Source of the DNA: Octopus vulgaris
Taxonomy: Eukaryota
DNA length: 64,000 nucleotides
Assembly (NCBI GenBank): GCA_951406725.2
Contig: OX597816.1
Span: 106,206,001-106,270,000, forward strand
Direction: 5' to 3'
Part shown: in pieces, positions 25,441-37,844 of the stretch
How positions within the stretch are numbered: position 1 is the stretch's first letter
How the letters are laid out: each line of letters opens with the position of its first letter
Translations under genes and position numbers: made by a program
The notes under the pieces: model-generated
The model's database searches: none
Seen by the model: the letters and a program-made list of their open reading frames with translations, nothing else
Told to the model about the DNA's origin: nothing

Positions 25441-25650
25441 AGCTCTGTCTGGCACCTGTGCAGGTGGCACGTAAAAGACACCCACTACAATCGCGGAGTG
25501 GTTGGCGTTAGGAAGGGCATCCAGCCGTAGAAACACTGCCAGATCTGACTGGGCCTGACGAAGCCTTCCAGCTTCACAGACCCCAGTTGACCCGTCCAAC
25601 CCATGCTAGCATGGAAAGCGGACGCTAAATGATGATGATGATGATGATGA
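25441..25650 (+). mobile_element. RTE 3' tail module
   Basis: GGCACGTAAAA..GTTGGCGTTAGGAAGGGCATCCAGC..(GAT)n. Confidence 0.85.
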
Positions 25651-27107
25651 AAACTACCAGCACATTTTCTATAAAAAAGTTTTTAAAATAGTTCGTTTCA
25701 AAGTTAAAATTTTAGTTAAAATATAAAAATACTGTGGCAAACTGGCATAATTATTAGAATGTGTAAAAAAAAAAGTGCCTTATGTTCAAATCCTATCTTG
25801 GACTGCTTTGCCTTTATCCCTCCAGGGTTGACAACATGAAGTACTGGGTCAATAGTATCAACTAACCCTTCCTCTCAAAATTGCTGACTTTGTGTCTAAA
25901 TTAGAAACAATCACACTTCAGTATAACATTAATGGATGGCTTGGGTTTGTTTTATTTTGTGTTTGTTTGTTTTGTTTTTTTTCACAAGAGAACTCAAGCA
26001 TTTTTATGGCTTTTATAAAAGCTTAAAAATTTGACATATGTAGACACACCTTGTGGTGCACCATTTCAGAATCACTGGTGTAGTGATTGAGTGGTTGTGC
26101 TGATGGAAGAGGCAGCCTTATGTTTCTTCTGAAAGATGGTCTTTATTCGTGAATACAGTGTATGTCTAGCATGAAGTATGTAGGTTGCAGATGAGTAAAG
26201 AGGAGCTAAGTGTAGTATCCCCATTGGAATGTGTGTTGTTGGAGATGTCAGTAAATCATTGCTCTAAATGTACTAAAAGAATGGTGTGCAAAATATTACT
26301 GAACCTTGGGGTACATGAGGGTTCATAGAATGGGAGACATAGTGGGACACTTGTCAGAGCACTACAGTCTGACAGCAACTTTTAAGAAATGAGTGATGGA
26401 TGGACACCATAGATAACCAGGAGATTCTGCTGCCAGAAACAGTCTTGTATATATACGTGTGTGTGTGTGTGTACATTATTGCTAGTCACATTGTCACATT
26501 ACTAGTCTTATACTGTCACATTGACAAAGATTATATTTGGATTTACTTTCACTACAGTAAGATCTAGTAGAGTAAATGCATTTTTAAGAAAATAGCATGT
26601 ATAATACCATAGGTATTGTGAGATATCCTCATTCAAGTCTTATCATTTTACTTACGCTTTTTCTGTGCTTGCCTGGGTCTTACATCTTGCCATCTGTTGT
26701 AGTCCTACATGATCTGGCGAACACACAACAGAAAATAATGGTCAATTTATGTGTTGAAAATAGCATTTGTTTTTGGTATGGATTCCATAGCTAGAGGCCT
26801 TTCCCATTACCAACCACTTTACTGTGTGAACTGGATGCATTTTGTTATGCCACTGGCATGAAAAAAGTTGTCTCCAGCAAGAGAAAGTGTTCCCTCTACT
26901 CTGAGTTGTCTTCAGCTATTGTTAAGTGGTATTAACACTCTATAAATTAAGGTAACCAATTATCTATTTAGAAGACAATGATGATAATTTGATAATTTGA
27001 AAGGATGATAATTTTCAGAAAACATTAAATTTTTAAAGATTGTATTCATAACTACAAGTTGTCAAAAATGAATACATATATGAAATCTATTTTTCTTTTT
27101 AATCCAG

Positions 27108-27193
27108 AGAAGAGAGTGCTGGGACAGCAATGAAAATATTTTTGCCACTATTCAGTTCAGTTATGGAACACAAGAAAAGGATACAATCACAAG
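27108..27193 (+). CDS. URB1: URB1 exon (EESAGTAMKIFLPLFSSVMEHKKRIQSQ)
   Basis: tccag acceptor, G/gtattt donor, phases link exons 24140 and 32200. Confidence 0.75.
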
Positions 27194-27588
27194 GTATTTT
27201 TTTTTTTTACATCTTTGTTAAATTGCAATATGACATATGTAAGCTATTACCCTTTAATTATGCTAACAATACCAATGTGTGTGTGTGTGTGGCTTTGAGG
27301 TTAGGATATTCAGATCACAATCATAAAGTTGTGAGTTCTGTTCCCAGTAGCGAAACACTATATTTCACATTACTCTGCTCTACTCAGCTAGCAAAAATGA
27401 GTTATACCTGTAATTCAAAGGGTCAGCCTTGTCACATTCTGTTTCGTGCTGAATCTCCCTGAAAACTATATTAAAGGTATGTGTCAGTGGAGTACTCCGC
27501 CACTTGTATGTTAATTTCACAAGCAAGCTGTTCCATTGATCAGATCATCTGGTACACTCTCTGTCATCTGACACAGTGCCAAAAGAAG

Positions 27589-27624
<36 letters not shown>

Positions 27625-27709
27625 AGAGTTTACGAAAAAAACAAAAGACGAAGACAGATGGTGTACAAAACAAACAGATGTATTAGTATAACGCTCAGGA
27701 ATAGAAAAA

Positions 27710-27751
27710 GTCTTTTACGTTTCGAGCCTACGCTCTTCTACAGAAAGGGAC
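27710..27751 (-). ncRNA. Minimal type I hammerhead-like motif (variant core) in a Penelope-like remnant at about 27620-27800
   Basis: Minus strand cttt CTGTAGA A GAGC-GTAG-GCTC GAAAC GTA aaag. Confidence 0.55.
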
Positions 27752-27849
27752 ACAAAAAACAAGGAGAGAAAAAAATGTGTATAGTGGCTAACGATCTATC
27801 ATATATATATATATATTCACATGTTTTTTATAATTCATGTGCAGTAAAC

Positions 27850-29220
27850 ACAAAGGAAACAGATTTTCTCAAATGCTCAGAAGGATCTCAAGAGGTAATA
27901 GAAAACTTCTGTTATCTGGTTGACCTAATTAGCAATGGAGGAGGATGTTCTAATAGTATAGTAGCTAGAGTAGGAACAGGTTGGACAAAAGTTCAGTGAG
28001 CTGTTACCTCTGTTGGCAACAAATGGTTTCTCTCTCAGAGTGAAAGGCAGTTTGTGTGCTGCTTGTATGGATACTACAATACTACATGATTGTGAGACAT
28101 GAGCCCTGAATGTAGAGAAATTGTGAAAACTAGAAAGAAATGAAGCTAGCATGCTTTACTTAATATGCAACATCATTGTGCATAATCACCAAAATCGAAA
28201 TATGTTGAGAGAAAATGGGGCAATATGAGAGAAAACGGCAGTAGCATGGGTATGTGATGCATATGGATACAGCAACTGTATAAAGAAGTACTAATTGTTA
28301 AATATTGATGGAAGTTGTAGAAGGAGACCCAAGAAGGTATGGGGGGCCTAGGATGTTTACCTTTTGTCCAGCAGATTTAGAATATAATTTTCTTTAACTA
28401 AACACTTTCAAACTTTGTATACTGGTAGAATGTGTCATATAAAACATCTTTTACTCTTAGCGTTTTTGAGAAAAGTTTATATATACGAAGTTATTTCATG
28501 TTAAAGTTGTTGTATTTCCATAATTTCAACCAATCAATGACGTGTATTCAGCTGAATAAAATTACTGCCGTTGTTTGTCAACAACAACTATCGGCAGTTT
28601 ATATTTCATTTATCACTGTTATTTATAATAACGTTTGTGCATTTGTACTGTTTTAGCTTTAAGGTTTTAGGGTTAGGGTTACGAAAAAAATGAAAACTGA
28701 AGAAATTGGAGGGGTAGAGGGGGACAAAAAAGTCTTTCCAAAAATAGTAGCTGAAAAGCAGGGGGGGGAATACTAAAAGCAGTAGAAATGCACAAACGAT
28801 TATGGTGGTGCCATGAAGTAAACATACTTCAGATACACTCGTTTATTCATACAAACGTAACTGAGATGAAATATATCATAAATAACAGTGACAAATGACA
28901 TATACACCGCAGGAAGTTGTTGACAAGCAACAGCAGTAATTTTATTCAGCTGAATTCACGTCATTGATTGGTTGAAATTACCAAAATACGACAACTTTAA
29001 CATGAAATAACTTTGTAAATATAAACTTTTCTCAAAAATACTATGAGTAAAAGATGTTTTGTAAGATACATTCTACCAGTATACGAAGTTTGAAAGTGTT
29101 TAAATTATTTTTTTAATTTGCCGGTCAGAAGGTAAAGATCTGGGCCTCATAGTGGAGGTAACAATGGACCATAATGTGTAGCAGTACATGGAGCTCAAAA
29201 AGAGCTACCCATTACAGCAA
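27850..29220 (+). mobile_element. Degraded RTE fragment interrupted by the foldback element
   Basis: ENFCYL.D.IS.GGGCS.SIVARV, LERNEASM, RRPKK; resumes after 29141. Confidence 0.7.
28350..29141. mobile_element. Non-autonomous foldback/TIR DNA element with ~280-bp imperfect inverted arms
   Basis: 28350-28630 is the approximate reverse complement of 28875-29141; GGGCCT on both flanks; internal TTAGGGTTAGGG. Confidence 0.85.
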
Positions 29221-29601
29221 AGGTGAGGTTCTGAAAGCATACTGCGTATACAAACTGAGTCTCTCATCCACAAGCCTCCCACTTCTCCCTACCACTTATC
29301 CTTCCATGTCTCTCCTAACTACTGCCGTATTCTGCTGCTGTAATTAAATGAGAGCAGAATCATGTATTTTATCATCCTTTTCTGTGTTACCAGTTATCTC
29401 TTCCACTCTGTGGAACTACTTTCTTTGACATTCATCTTTCATTCTTAACATTGTACCTCTCCAGTCAAATTTTACCATCAACCATCTCTTCACACTTCTT
29501 CATCATTCACTGTATTCATCCTCACCCTACTTCTATCACACTCTCCCTGCACACTCTTGCAACCTCTATCCATTTCCCTTTCTTGATCTTTTTTCCATTA
29601 A

Positions 29602-30677
29602 CCCTTTCGTTACCAAACCGCCCGAAAAAAATTTTGGTTAATGTGACCAAACCGCCCAAAGCCGCCCAAATTTACCTATTCATATTTAAATGAGAATATC
29701 AGAGCAAATCTCTTTAGTACATTCGTGAAAACACGTATTATACTTCGTAAAGAGTTCAACTACAGTTTTGTACAAAAATCGAAGTGTAATTTTAATTCCG
29801 TGAATTTTGGGAGATTTTTTTCGAAATTTGTTCCTATTGTGTTTTCAAAATTTGTAATTCTGACAAAAAATGGATACGAATTTCATTATATCAAGCAGCG
29901 AGTCAGAATTCGAAGGATTTTCTACTGAAGACCTTCATAAATCTAATTCTATGACTGAAAAAAAAAAAGCACGTGGTATTTGATAATGAATCCGATGTTT
30001 CATTTTCCGAAAGTGAAAACAGTGAATCCGAGAGCTCCGACAGCGATAAAGAAAATGAATTGGCACCTGAATGGAGTGAAAATTTAAAAACTGTTTCTTT
30101 TGGTGATTTTTCTGAAGAAACTGGACCAAGCCACAGACTTTCCCATGAGAGTAAAGCCTTAGACTATTTCTTTTTACTTTTTCGAATGAGCCTATTTGAA
30201 ATCATTACGGCGGAAACGAACCGTTACGCTGAATGTAAACAAAACAAAAGAAAGGATAGTTAGTGGTTTTCCACAACCTTAAATGAAATTAAGACTATTT
30301 TGCCATAAATATTATTATGGATGTCAGAAAGTTACCCAGAATAACAAATTCTATCGTAAAATTTTGTTGTATACCCAATTGAATATTAGCTAATAACCCA
30401 TTTTCTATAGCGATGTTTGAACAAAATTTTAATAATTTTATATTTTGTTGAATTTACCTGTATCTACCTGCAATTAGAGTCACTTTGTGACAAAAATTAT
30501 AGTATAGAATTGGTTGAGAACATTTCATTAAATTATCTTCCAAAATTCACGTTAATATATTGATAAATAAAAAAGTTATATTTGTTTAATGAAACCAGAC
30601 TAAATTTATGATTATGTAAGAAATTAATTGAAACACATAAGGGGTGTATTTTGGTCAGAAATATAGTAACGAAAGGG
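29602..30677 (+). mobile_element. Internally deleted piggyBac element with transposase N-terminal remnant
   Basis: TTAA TSDs; TIR CCCTTTCGTTAC/GTAACGAAAGGG; acidic N-terminus and ALDYFFLLF..ETNRYA (PGBD-like) with stops. Confidence 0.9.
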
Positions 30678-31104
30678 TTAACAGGACACTTTCTACTTAT
30701 AACTCACCTTACTTTGTGACTAAGAATGTGGTGTTAAGGATGCATAGAATCCTTGTTGCGTTTTATGAGTTTCAATTCCAGCATAAGTATACACACCCCA
30801 CTTATCAACAGCTGAGTGTATGTTATCAGGTTTAGATTAAACTGAGCACATGTAAACATTCATAATACTTAATGACAATAGGAAACAACTGGTTGTAGCT
30901 GGTTTATAAGAAAGGAGTTGGGTGGGGTATGTAAAGAAATACTTTGAATGTTTGTAAACCCCCCACCACAAGTACTAATATCTCATCTAAAAAAAATCTA
31001 GACATTCTTACTCCACCAAAAATGTCAGCCATGTTCATGTGAATAAATAGTTTTAAAAAATAAAGGTAACTTATTTTTAATAAATCCAGAGGGATTACTT
31101 AACC

Positions 31105-31652
31105 AAATCAAAATAGATGAACATCAATGGAATTTGTATCCTTGTGGTACCAGTGCCGGTGGCACATAAGAAAACCATCCGAACGTGGCCGTAGCCAGTA
31201 CCGCATCGACTGGCCTCCGTGCTGTGGGCACGTAACAAACACCATCCGATCGTGGCCGTTCGCCAGCCTCGTCTGGCACCTGTGTCGTGGCACATAAAAA
31301 AACTATCCGAGCGTGGCCGTCTGCCAGCCTCGTCTGGCACCTGTGTCGGTGGCACATAAAAACACCATCCGAGCGTGGCCGTCTGCCAGCCTCGTCTGGC
31401 ACCTGTGTCGGTGGCACATAAAAAACACCATCCGAGCGTGGCCGTCTGCCAGCCTCGTCTGGCACCTGTGTCGGTGGCACATAAAATCACCCACTACACT
31501 CTCGGAGTGGTTGGCGTTAGGAAGGGCATCCAGCTGTAGAAACACTGCCAGATCTGACTGGCCTGGTGCAGCCTTCGGGCTTGCCAGACCCCAGTTGAAC
31601 CGTCCAACCCATGCTAGCATGGAAAGCGGACGTTAAACAATGATGATGATGA
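31105..31652 (+). mobile_element. RTE 3' UTR module with about 5 tandem ~61-bp units
   Basis: Near-identical units CACCATCCGAGCGTGGCCGTCTGCCAGCCTCGTCTGGCACCTGTGTCGGTGGCACATAAAA followed by the common tail. Confidence 0.9.
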
Positions 31653-32199
31653 TTGTGTTTTTTTTTATGCTGTCAGCAAGACTAGATAAAAATGATTAAT
31701 GCAAATAGAATACCACAAATCCCAATTGCCATGTGACACTTCATACAAACATACACTTAATGACATGTATGCAGTGTGGCCCTATATCAGGTAGAAGCAT
31801 AGTTCTCTGACTCCATACATGTCTAATATGGCAGAGCTGACAGGAGCTATTTAATATTGACATTTAAATAGATTATTTCTCTGAGTAATTTCTTTTCAAA
31901 ATGACTGAACAAGTTTTTCAACTTTCTTATAAAAAAACAATGATAATTTTTATTTGTAACAAGAGGTGCAACAACTGTTGAATCAAGAGACTGATGGCAT
32001 GATCATAAGTCTTATTAATGCTATTGTGATTTTCTAGGCAAATTCACTCGACTGGGGAAAAATAGGTTGCACTTTTACTTCTCTATTTAGTGACAGGTCA
32101 TAAGGAAGGTAGCCAAGCGTAAATACAATTTCAAGCTAGCATTAAAAAAATACTGTAAAAAAATATTATTTCAGAGCTTTATTTTGTCTTATTTTTCAG

Positions 32200-33065
32200 A
32201 GGAAAGAACAGTATCATCAACAGACAAAAATCATGGAGACAGTGAAGAAAAGAATGATGATAGTAATGGTCATGATGAGGAAGCTGATAAGAATCCAAGT
32301 CAAGATGTTGGCTTAATCACACAAAGAGACATTCTTTTATTACTATTTCAAAGTCGACAACTTATGCAATCTACTCATATTTTTCAACAAGCTCTGGACA
32401 TTCTAAAACTCAAAGGATACAATTGTAGTTATCTGACAGATGTTCCCAAGAAAAAGATGGTGTCATCAACTCAAGATACTACTGAAGAAACTGATATGGA
32501 TGATTCCTCATCTGTTATCTCTGAAACGGATGAGCTCAATAATATGGATGATGTTTCAGAAGCAGAACAAATTGAACTGACTAAATCTCTTATTAATATT
32601 TGTTTGGCTTGGAAGCCGTCTGTACCTATTACTGAGAATGCTAAATTAGTTTTGACTCAAACATTACAGTTAGTCATTTCATGGCTAAGTCATGAGGTTT
32701 GCCACAAAGGGACCATTATTTTGTTACACGATGTATTATTATGGATTGACAGAATTCTTGAAAATTGCAATTCAATTATTCCTGATCTTTTGACTAGTGA
32801 AAATTCCACAATTTCTGTAAGAAGCTTCCCTGAAAATCTATTAGTATTTCATGGAGGAATTATTTCTATGAAAGTACCTGACAACATTAACCAGATGGAA
32901 AGCCGTCTGGAATTAGATTCTGCATCTAGTGAAACTATACAGAAATCTCAAAAATTACTTGCTAAGCTTTGCAAAATTCTTACAGGTTTTGAAATTCAAA
33001 ACATTACTGATCAACCTGTTAATTATTATCCATTTTTAGACAAAGTTGTAAATATAACCATTTAA
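32200..33065 (+). CDS. URB1: URB1 terminal coding exon (EERTVSS...VVNITI*)
   Basis: tttcag acceptor in phase with the previous exon; 288-codon open frame in AT-rich DNA; ATTAAA at 33093. Confidence 0.8.
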
Positions 33066-33609
33066 TAATAGAAGAAAAAAAAAGTTTTTTTAATTAAAAT
33101 ATCTGAGAAATTTATTTTCAATAACATTTTTATATTTCTATTTTGTTATTTTCTTTGCTGATCTTTTTTTTTCTTTTGTATGAGAGAGAGTGGGAGAGAG
33201 GAGTGTTGTTGATTGATTAATTGAAAAAGATTCAGTTAATCATGCGTTAAGAGAAATCTGTTTTAGCTTGGCTGAAGGAATGTCTATCATATTAACAGAA
33301 ACTGTTGATGGAAAATAATTTGAAACTTACAGCAACTTCCTTGCACATGTAACACTGTTTTCACAGTGCTAAGTGATTGGAGGACATTTTCATTCTTGGA
33401 TAGGAATGCCAACCTGTTATGTCTTGGATTTCAATTCAGCAGTGCTCATAGACAAAAATTGGTGTTTTCCACTTGCATCAGAAAACAGTGCTTCCCTGTA
33501 GTAACCATTGTGGAATCACTAGTAGGTTAACAGATAAAGTAGTCTTTGTATGTGACAGATACACAGGAACAATAAAGACTATGAACACATAGGAATTAGA
33601 TTTTCTCAG

Positions 33610-33975
33610 GAGGGACCTGAATACAGAGGACATGCAAAAGCTGGAGAGGAATGAAACTAGTCTGCTCCAGTGGATGTGCAACATCAATGTGCATGTACTG
33701 CAAAGTGCAAATGTGTTGAAAGATAAGTTAGTTATAGAGAAATCAGATGTAGCATGCAAGAGAGAAAACTATGATGATTTGGTCATGTGATGCATATTAA
33801 GGTTAGCTGTATAAACAAGTGCCAGTTACTCAGTGGTTGGGATCTTCAGAACAGGATGACCTTGGAAGACATGGGGTGAAGTAATGAGGGCCAGTTTTGA
33901 AATTCTGAGCCTCATAGAGGTGATGACAATAGACCAAGATGTCTGGCAAATTAAGTTCTTGGGAAGACTTGCCCA
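33610..33975 (+). mobile_element. Degraded RTE 3' fragment
   Basis: EDMQKLERNETSLLQWMCNI. Confidence 0.7.
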
Positions 33976-35746
33976 CGTCAACAAAATTGGGTTCTAGAAC
34001 CACTGTGTATTATGTGCTCTCCACCCGTACATTACATTAATTTCCTCCACACCATGAACCAAACTGCATCTCATCACTTTTGTCCCTGCTCCTACTCTAC
34101 AGCCCAACACCACTTTGTCATTTCAATCCTCTGTACCACTTCTCTTTACATTCATCTCCCTGTACCCTGAAGGTATACCTTCACCACCATCCTCTCCCTC
34201 TCTCTATCTTTCTTTCTCTCCAACTGGGATAGCTATGTATCTCTTCTGCAAGACACTGTACTGGTATCATGTAAAAGCATATGGGAAAGGCATCCAAAGG
34301 TATAAATCGTACTACAACTGACAGTAAAGCTTGACATAGCCTTCTGGCTTGCCATCTCCTGTCAAACTGTCCAACCCTTGCCAGCACTGAAGATGGACAT
34401 TAAATAATGATAGTGCTGATGATATACATATAATTTAATGTACACTATATTAAAATAAAAGCTACTAATAGTATCTTCAGGCTCCTGGACACCAGACACA
34501 TTATAAAAATCTGCCTAACCACATGTTTCAATGGTAAGAAACTATTATTAGCCCTTATTTTAAATATTGTGATATTTTTCTCCCACTGGATGGAGTACGT
34601 TTTTTGTTGATCCTACCTTAACAGAACAGTAAACTATATATAACTTTCTTGTGGCTCTAAGGGTTTTTTACTCTTATTTCTAGCAATATAGGTGCTACCC
34701 AGCACCCTCAGTCACAATTAGTGACAACTGAATTTTTCCTTCTTGGTTTTATTTTGCATATAGTTGCCTTCATTATTTTATATGAAGTGAACTGCTTGAC
34801 TACACACCTTTGCTCCTTATTGAGATCTTTTGAAAAAGAAAGACATTTTATAATGCAATCTTAAATATATTTTCCCTGAAAAAAAGATGGGATGGCCACG
34901 GCTGGAATGATGGTGACCGTACGTCCACTGAATCATCAACACGAGCTAAAGTATTACAGTAAAAAAATTTTCCAATAAAAATATCGTCTGCTTGAATCAT
35001 GTAGGAACATTTTCTAATTCTATTCTGTATTACGTTACAATTTTCAAGGGTCACCTCATTTTAATTATGTATTAATTAATATATATTAACTGATCCGCGT
35101 TTATTTTTTAAGTTATCAAGTCTTTAGCTTTATTTGCAAATATGTTAAGATATTAAAACACAAAGAAAGTTATAAGACGTAAATAATCGAGATTATTATC
35201 ACGAACCTGATGTAAGTTATCTACCCTTGTTACTGAGATTCACTCGATTAGTTTAGTCGGAATACCAATAGATACATGCTTTTCCACACGTTGTTTATCC
35301 AGAGAAATAATCCCATCAAACTTCGTCTGAGTGAGAGCTTACTAAACTACAACCTATGTTTTGTTGTTTAACCTTTGGATTCTACCCTAACCATCATATC
35401 CTTCTATGACTATGTAGTTATTTTATTCGTACATAGTGTAATTTTAGAACATTATCCAATGTGTTCGGTCCTAATTTCAAAACAAATCAGGTGTGATTTA
35501 AGAAAGATTTGGCTGCTGTTTCTAGCAAACCGAGCGACTACGTAGGGTTTTTTTCTTCTTTCTTTCTTTTAGTCCCGTTATTGTTGTTTTAACGGAACTG
35601 AGCGTAAATATTAGATGGTGTTTATTGTCGAAAGGAATATATTATGAAAACGTGTTTCCCGCGTTCTATGTTATAATCTGTCGCAACATTTTTAACTGGT
35701 CGAAGACAAAGCCTCAATTTTATTTCATTTTTATTTTTAATATAAG

Positions 35747-35854
35747 AAGCAAAATCGCTGAACTTTCTAGAAAATGTTGCTATAGTAAATGCAAGCGTGA
35801 TGGAAATTGGCAATGTTACTCTCAGAACTAAAGGCCTTAATATACTTCAAAGTG
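35747..35854 (+). other. Possible exon of an unidentified downstream gene
   Basis: T-rich tract + AG, 108-nt open frame (AKSLNFLENV...NILQS), G/gtgagt donor; no partner exon found. Confidence 0.3.
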
Positions 35855-36069
35855 GTGAGTGTTTGTTTATATTAATATTTTATAGATAAATATGCTGAAA
35901 ATTCAACATTTTGCTATGGATCCCGAGATTTTTGTTTTTATTACGTTGTTTGTTATTGATGTTGGTATAACATTATTTTAGAAATATGAATTAAACCCTG
36001 AAGTTCAAAACAAAATTATGGAATATATGTCTATATATATATATATATATATATATAATTATTTTATGT

Positions 36070-36262
36070 AGAAAAATACAAACTGGGACAAGAACGTAAA
36101 ACATTAAGAAGACGATACAAAAAACACGGACGGGACATTCGAAGCCTTCAATCTTCAGTCAAGAACCGGATCATCGTAGCAATTTCGGCTGATTAATCTT
36201 GAGATCGCTCCGATCCGGCCAGCCCCAAGGAAAAACTAATCTACGAGCATTAGATTTCTTCG
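36070..36262 (-). repeat. Interspersed repeat, inverted homologue of 23262-23500
   Basis: Shared CCTTGGGGCTGGCC..CAGCCGAAATTGC..GACTGARGA..TTCTTGTCCCA. Confidence 0.65.
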
Positions 36263-36295
36263 CCGTGTTTAAGGGCTTAATGAAGTTATTCGTGA

Positions 36296-36330
<35 letters not shown>

Positions 36331-37844
36331 TAGAGAGAGAGAGGGAGGACAAACGGAAGAAAGTGGCTCTCAACACATTTCGAAGGAATCACTTTTTTTT
36401 TTTTAATAGCTTGGCTCAGCTCCAAATCACTTTAAGTTTTGTGGGCTCATGCGACGGACTTATCTCGTCAGATATCTAGAGACAAAATGTCCCAAGATGA
36501 AATGGGTTCGCCCTATGAGCTCACGAAACTTGGTCATAAAGTTGAGACAAACTTATATATATACACAACAGGTGAGAGCTAGAAATACTCAGTATATGAA
36601 ACACGTAGTAGTGCTCAAATGAATTTGAAACTCCGAAATCTTCATCCGAAACTGGGTTCGCGGCGTGATGAGCAGCTATAAGAAAATCCTAGGCGAGCTG
36701 TATGTCAAGCCTAATCTGCATCATTACATCTGTCACATATATAAAGAAAGAGAGAGTCGTGTCGTAATTTCTCAGACTCGAGTCAGGACAAACTTCGAAT
36801 TACAGGTATCATAGAAATAGGTGCTTGTATGAAAAACTTTTAGTCTCACTTTTTTTTTATATAAGATTCTGAACTTCAAACAGTTAGGGAAGTAGAGCTT
36901 AGTAAAGTACCTATTCGTTATTTATAGGAAACAAGGAAGGAAAGAAAAATAAATAAATTACATAATATATTCTGAATCCCGAAAATAAGTCATTTTTAAT
37001 TCCAGAATCCAAGCACAAGCAAATATATGGTTTCCCTCTTTATTACTTTGGGTCTCTATCTCAAAATAGAAACTTCCTTGGGTGGGCCTACGTTTTACAC
37101 ATTTTAGCTATAGTAACATTATTAGTAGTAAAAATAATTTCAGTGTAATTATCATATACTCTAAGGTGGCGAGTTGGTAGGATGGTTAGCGTGTCGGGAA
37201 ATTGCTTAGCAACATCTCTTTCGGCTTTACGTTTTGAGTTTAAATCCCGCTGGGATCAACTTTGCCTTTCATCCTTGTGGGGTCATAAAATAGAGCACCA
37301 GTCAAGTACTGAAGTCGATGTAATCGATTTTCCACTTCTCGAAATATGCTGGCCTTGTGCCAAAATTTGGAAGAATCTTTACTTCTTATATATACATGTT
37401 ATAAGGCCTGCGTAATTAATGATTTAAAATCGAAACTTCTTATAACTATTTTCTATTTATTTTTCTTTCTTTACACAATCAAATTTATAGTTCTAGTCCG
37501 ACAATCTTACAATATTTTTTAAAAACTTTTTATGTAGTCGTGTGGAAAGCTTAAAACAGTAAATTGTTTGGCTCCATAGATTCTGATTGTTATCTCAGGG
37601 AAGTAAAAGTGAATAACCTGTCGGACCTGTCAGGGAGGACAATACAAATGTGTTACGGATGAGTTCTCAATGAAGCAAAGAACCTTCAGTGATGTCAAGC
37701 ATTTTATTTTTGTTTGTTTTGCTTTTCTGACAAGTGTAAGTGTTTTTGTTTTGCTTTGTTAAAAGAAATCGTTTTCTTTTAACATATGACACATGGTTGG
37801 TGGTTGTTGATGTTCAGCTCCAACTCAGTTCTGATCATGTAGAC

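Noticed and set aside
28665-28682. Telomere (TTAGGG)
   Set aside because: Only about 2.5 units, inside a TIR element
29973-30263. Acidic 96-aa ORF as a host gene or URB1 exon
   Set aside because: It is the broken N-terminus of a piggyBac transposase between TIRs
31150-31500. CRISPR-like repeat/spacer appearance
   Set aside because: The intervening sequences are homologous to each other, there are no cas genes, and the array lies in a eukaryotic retroelement UTR
36511-36540. Hammerhead at CTATGAGCTCACGAAACTTGGTC
   Set aside because: Core lacks CUGA and no adequate stem II forms
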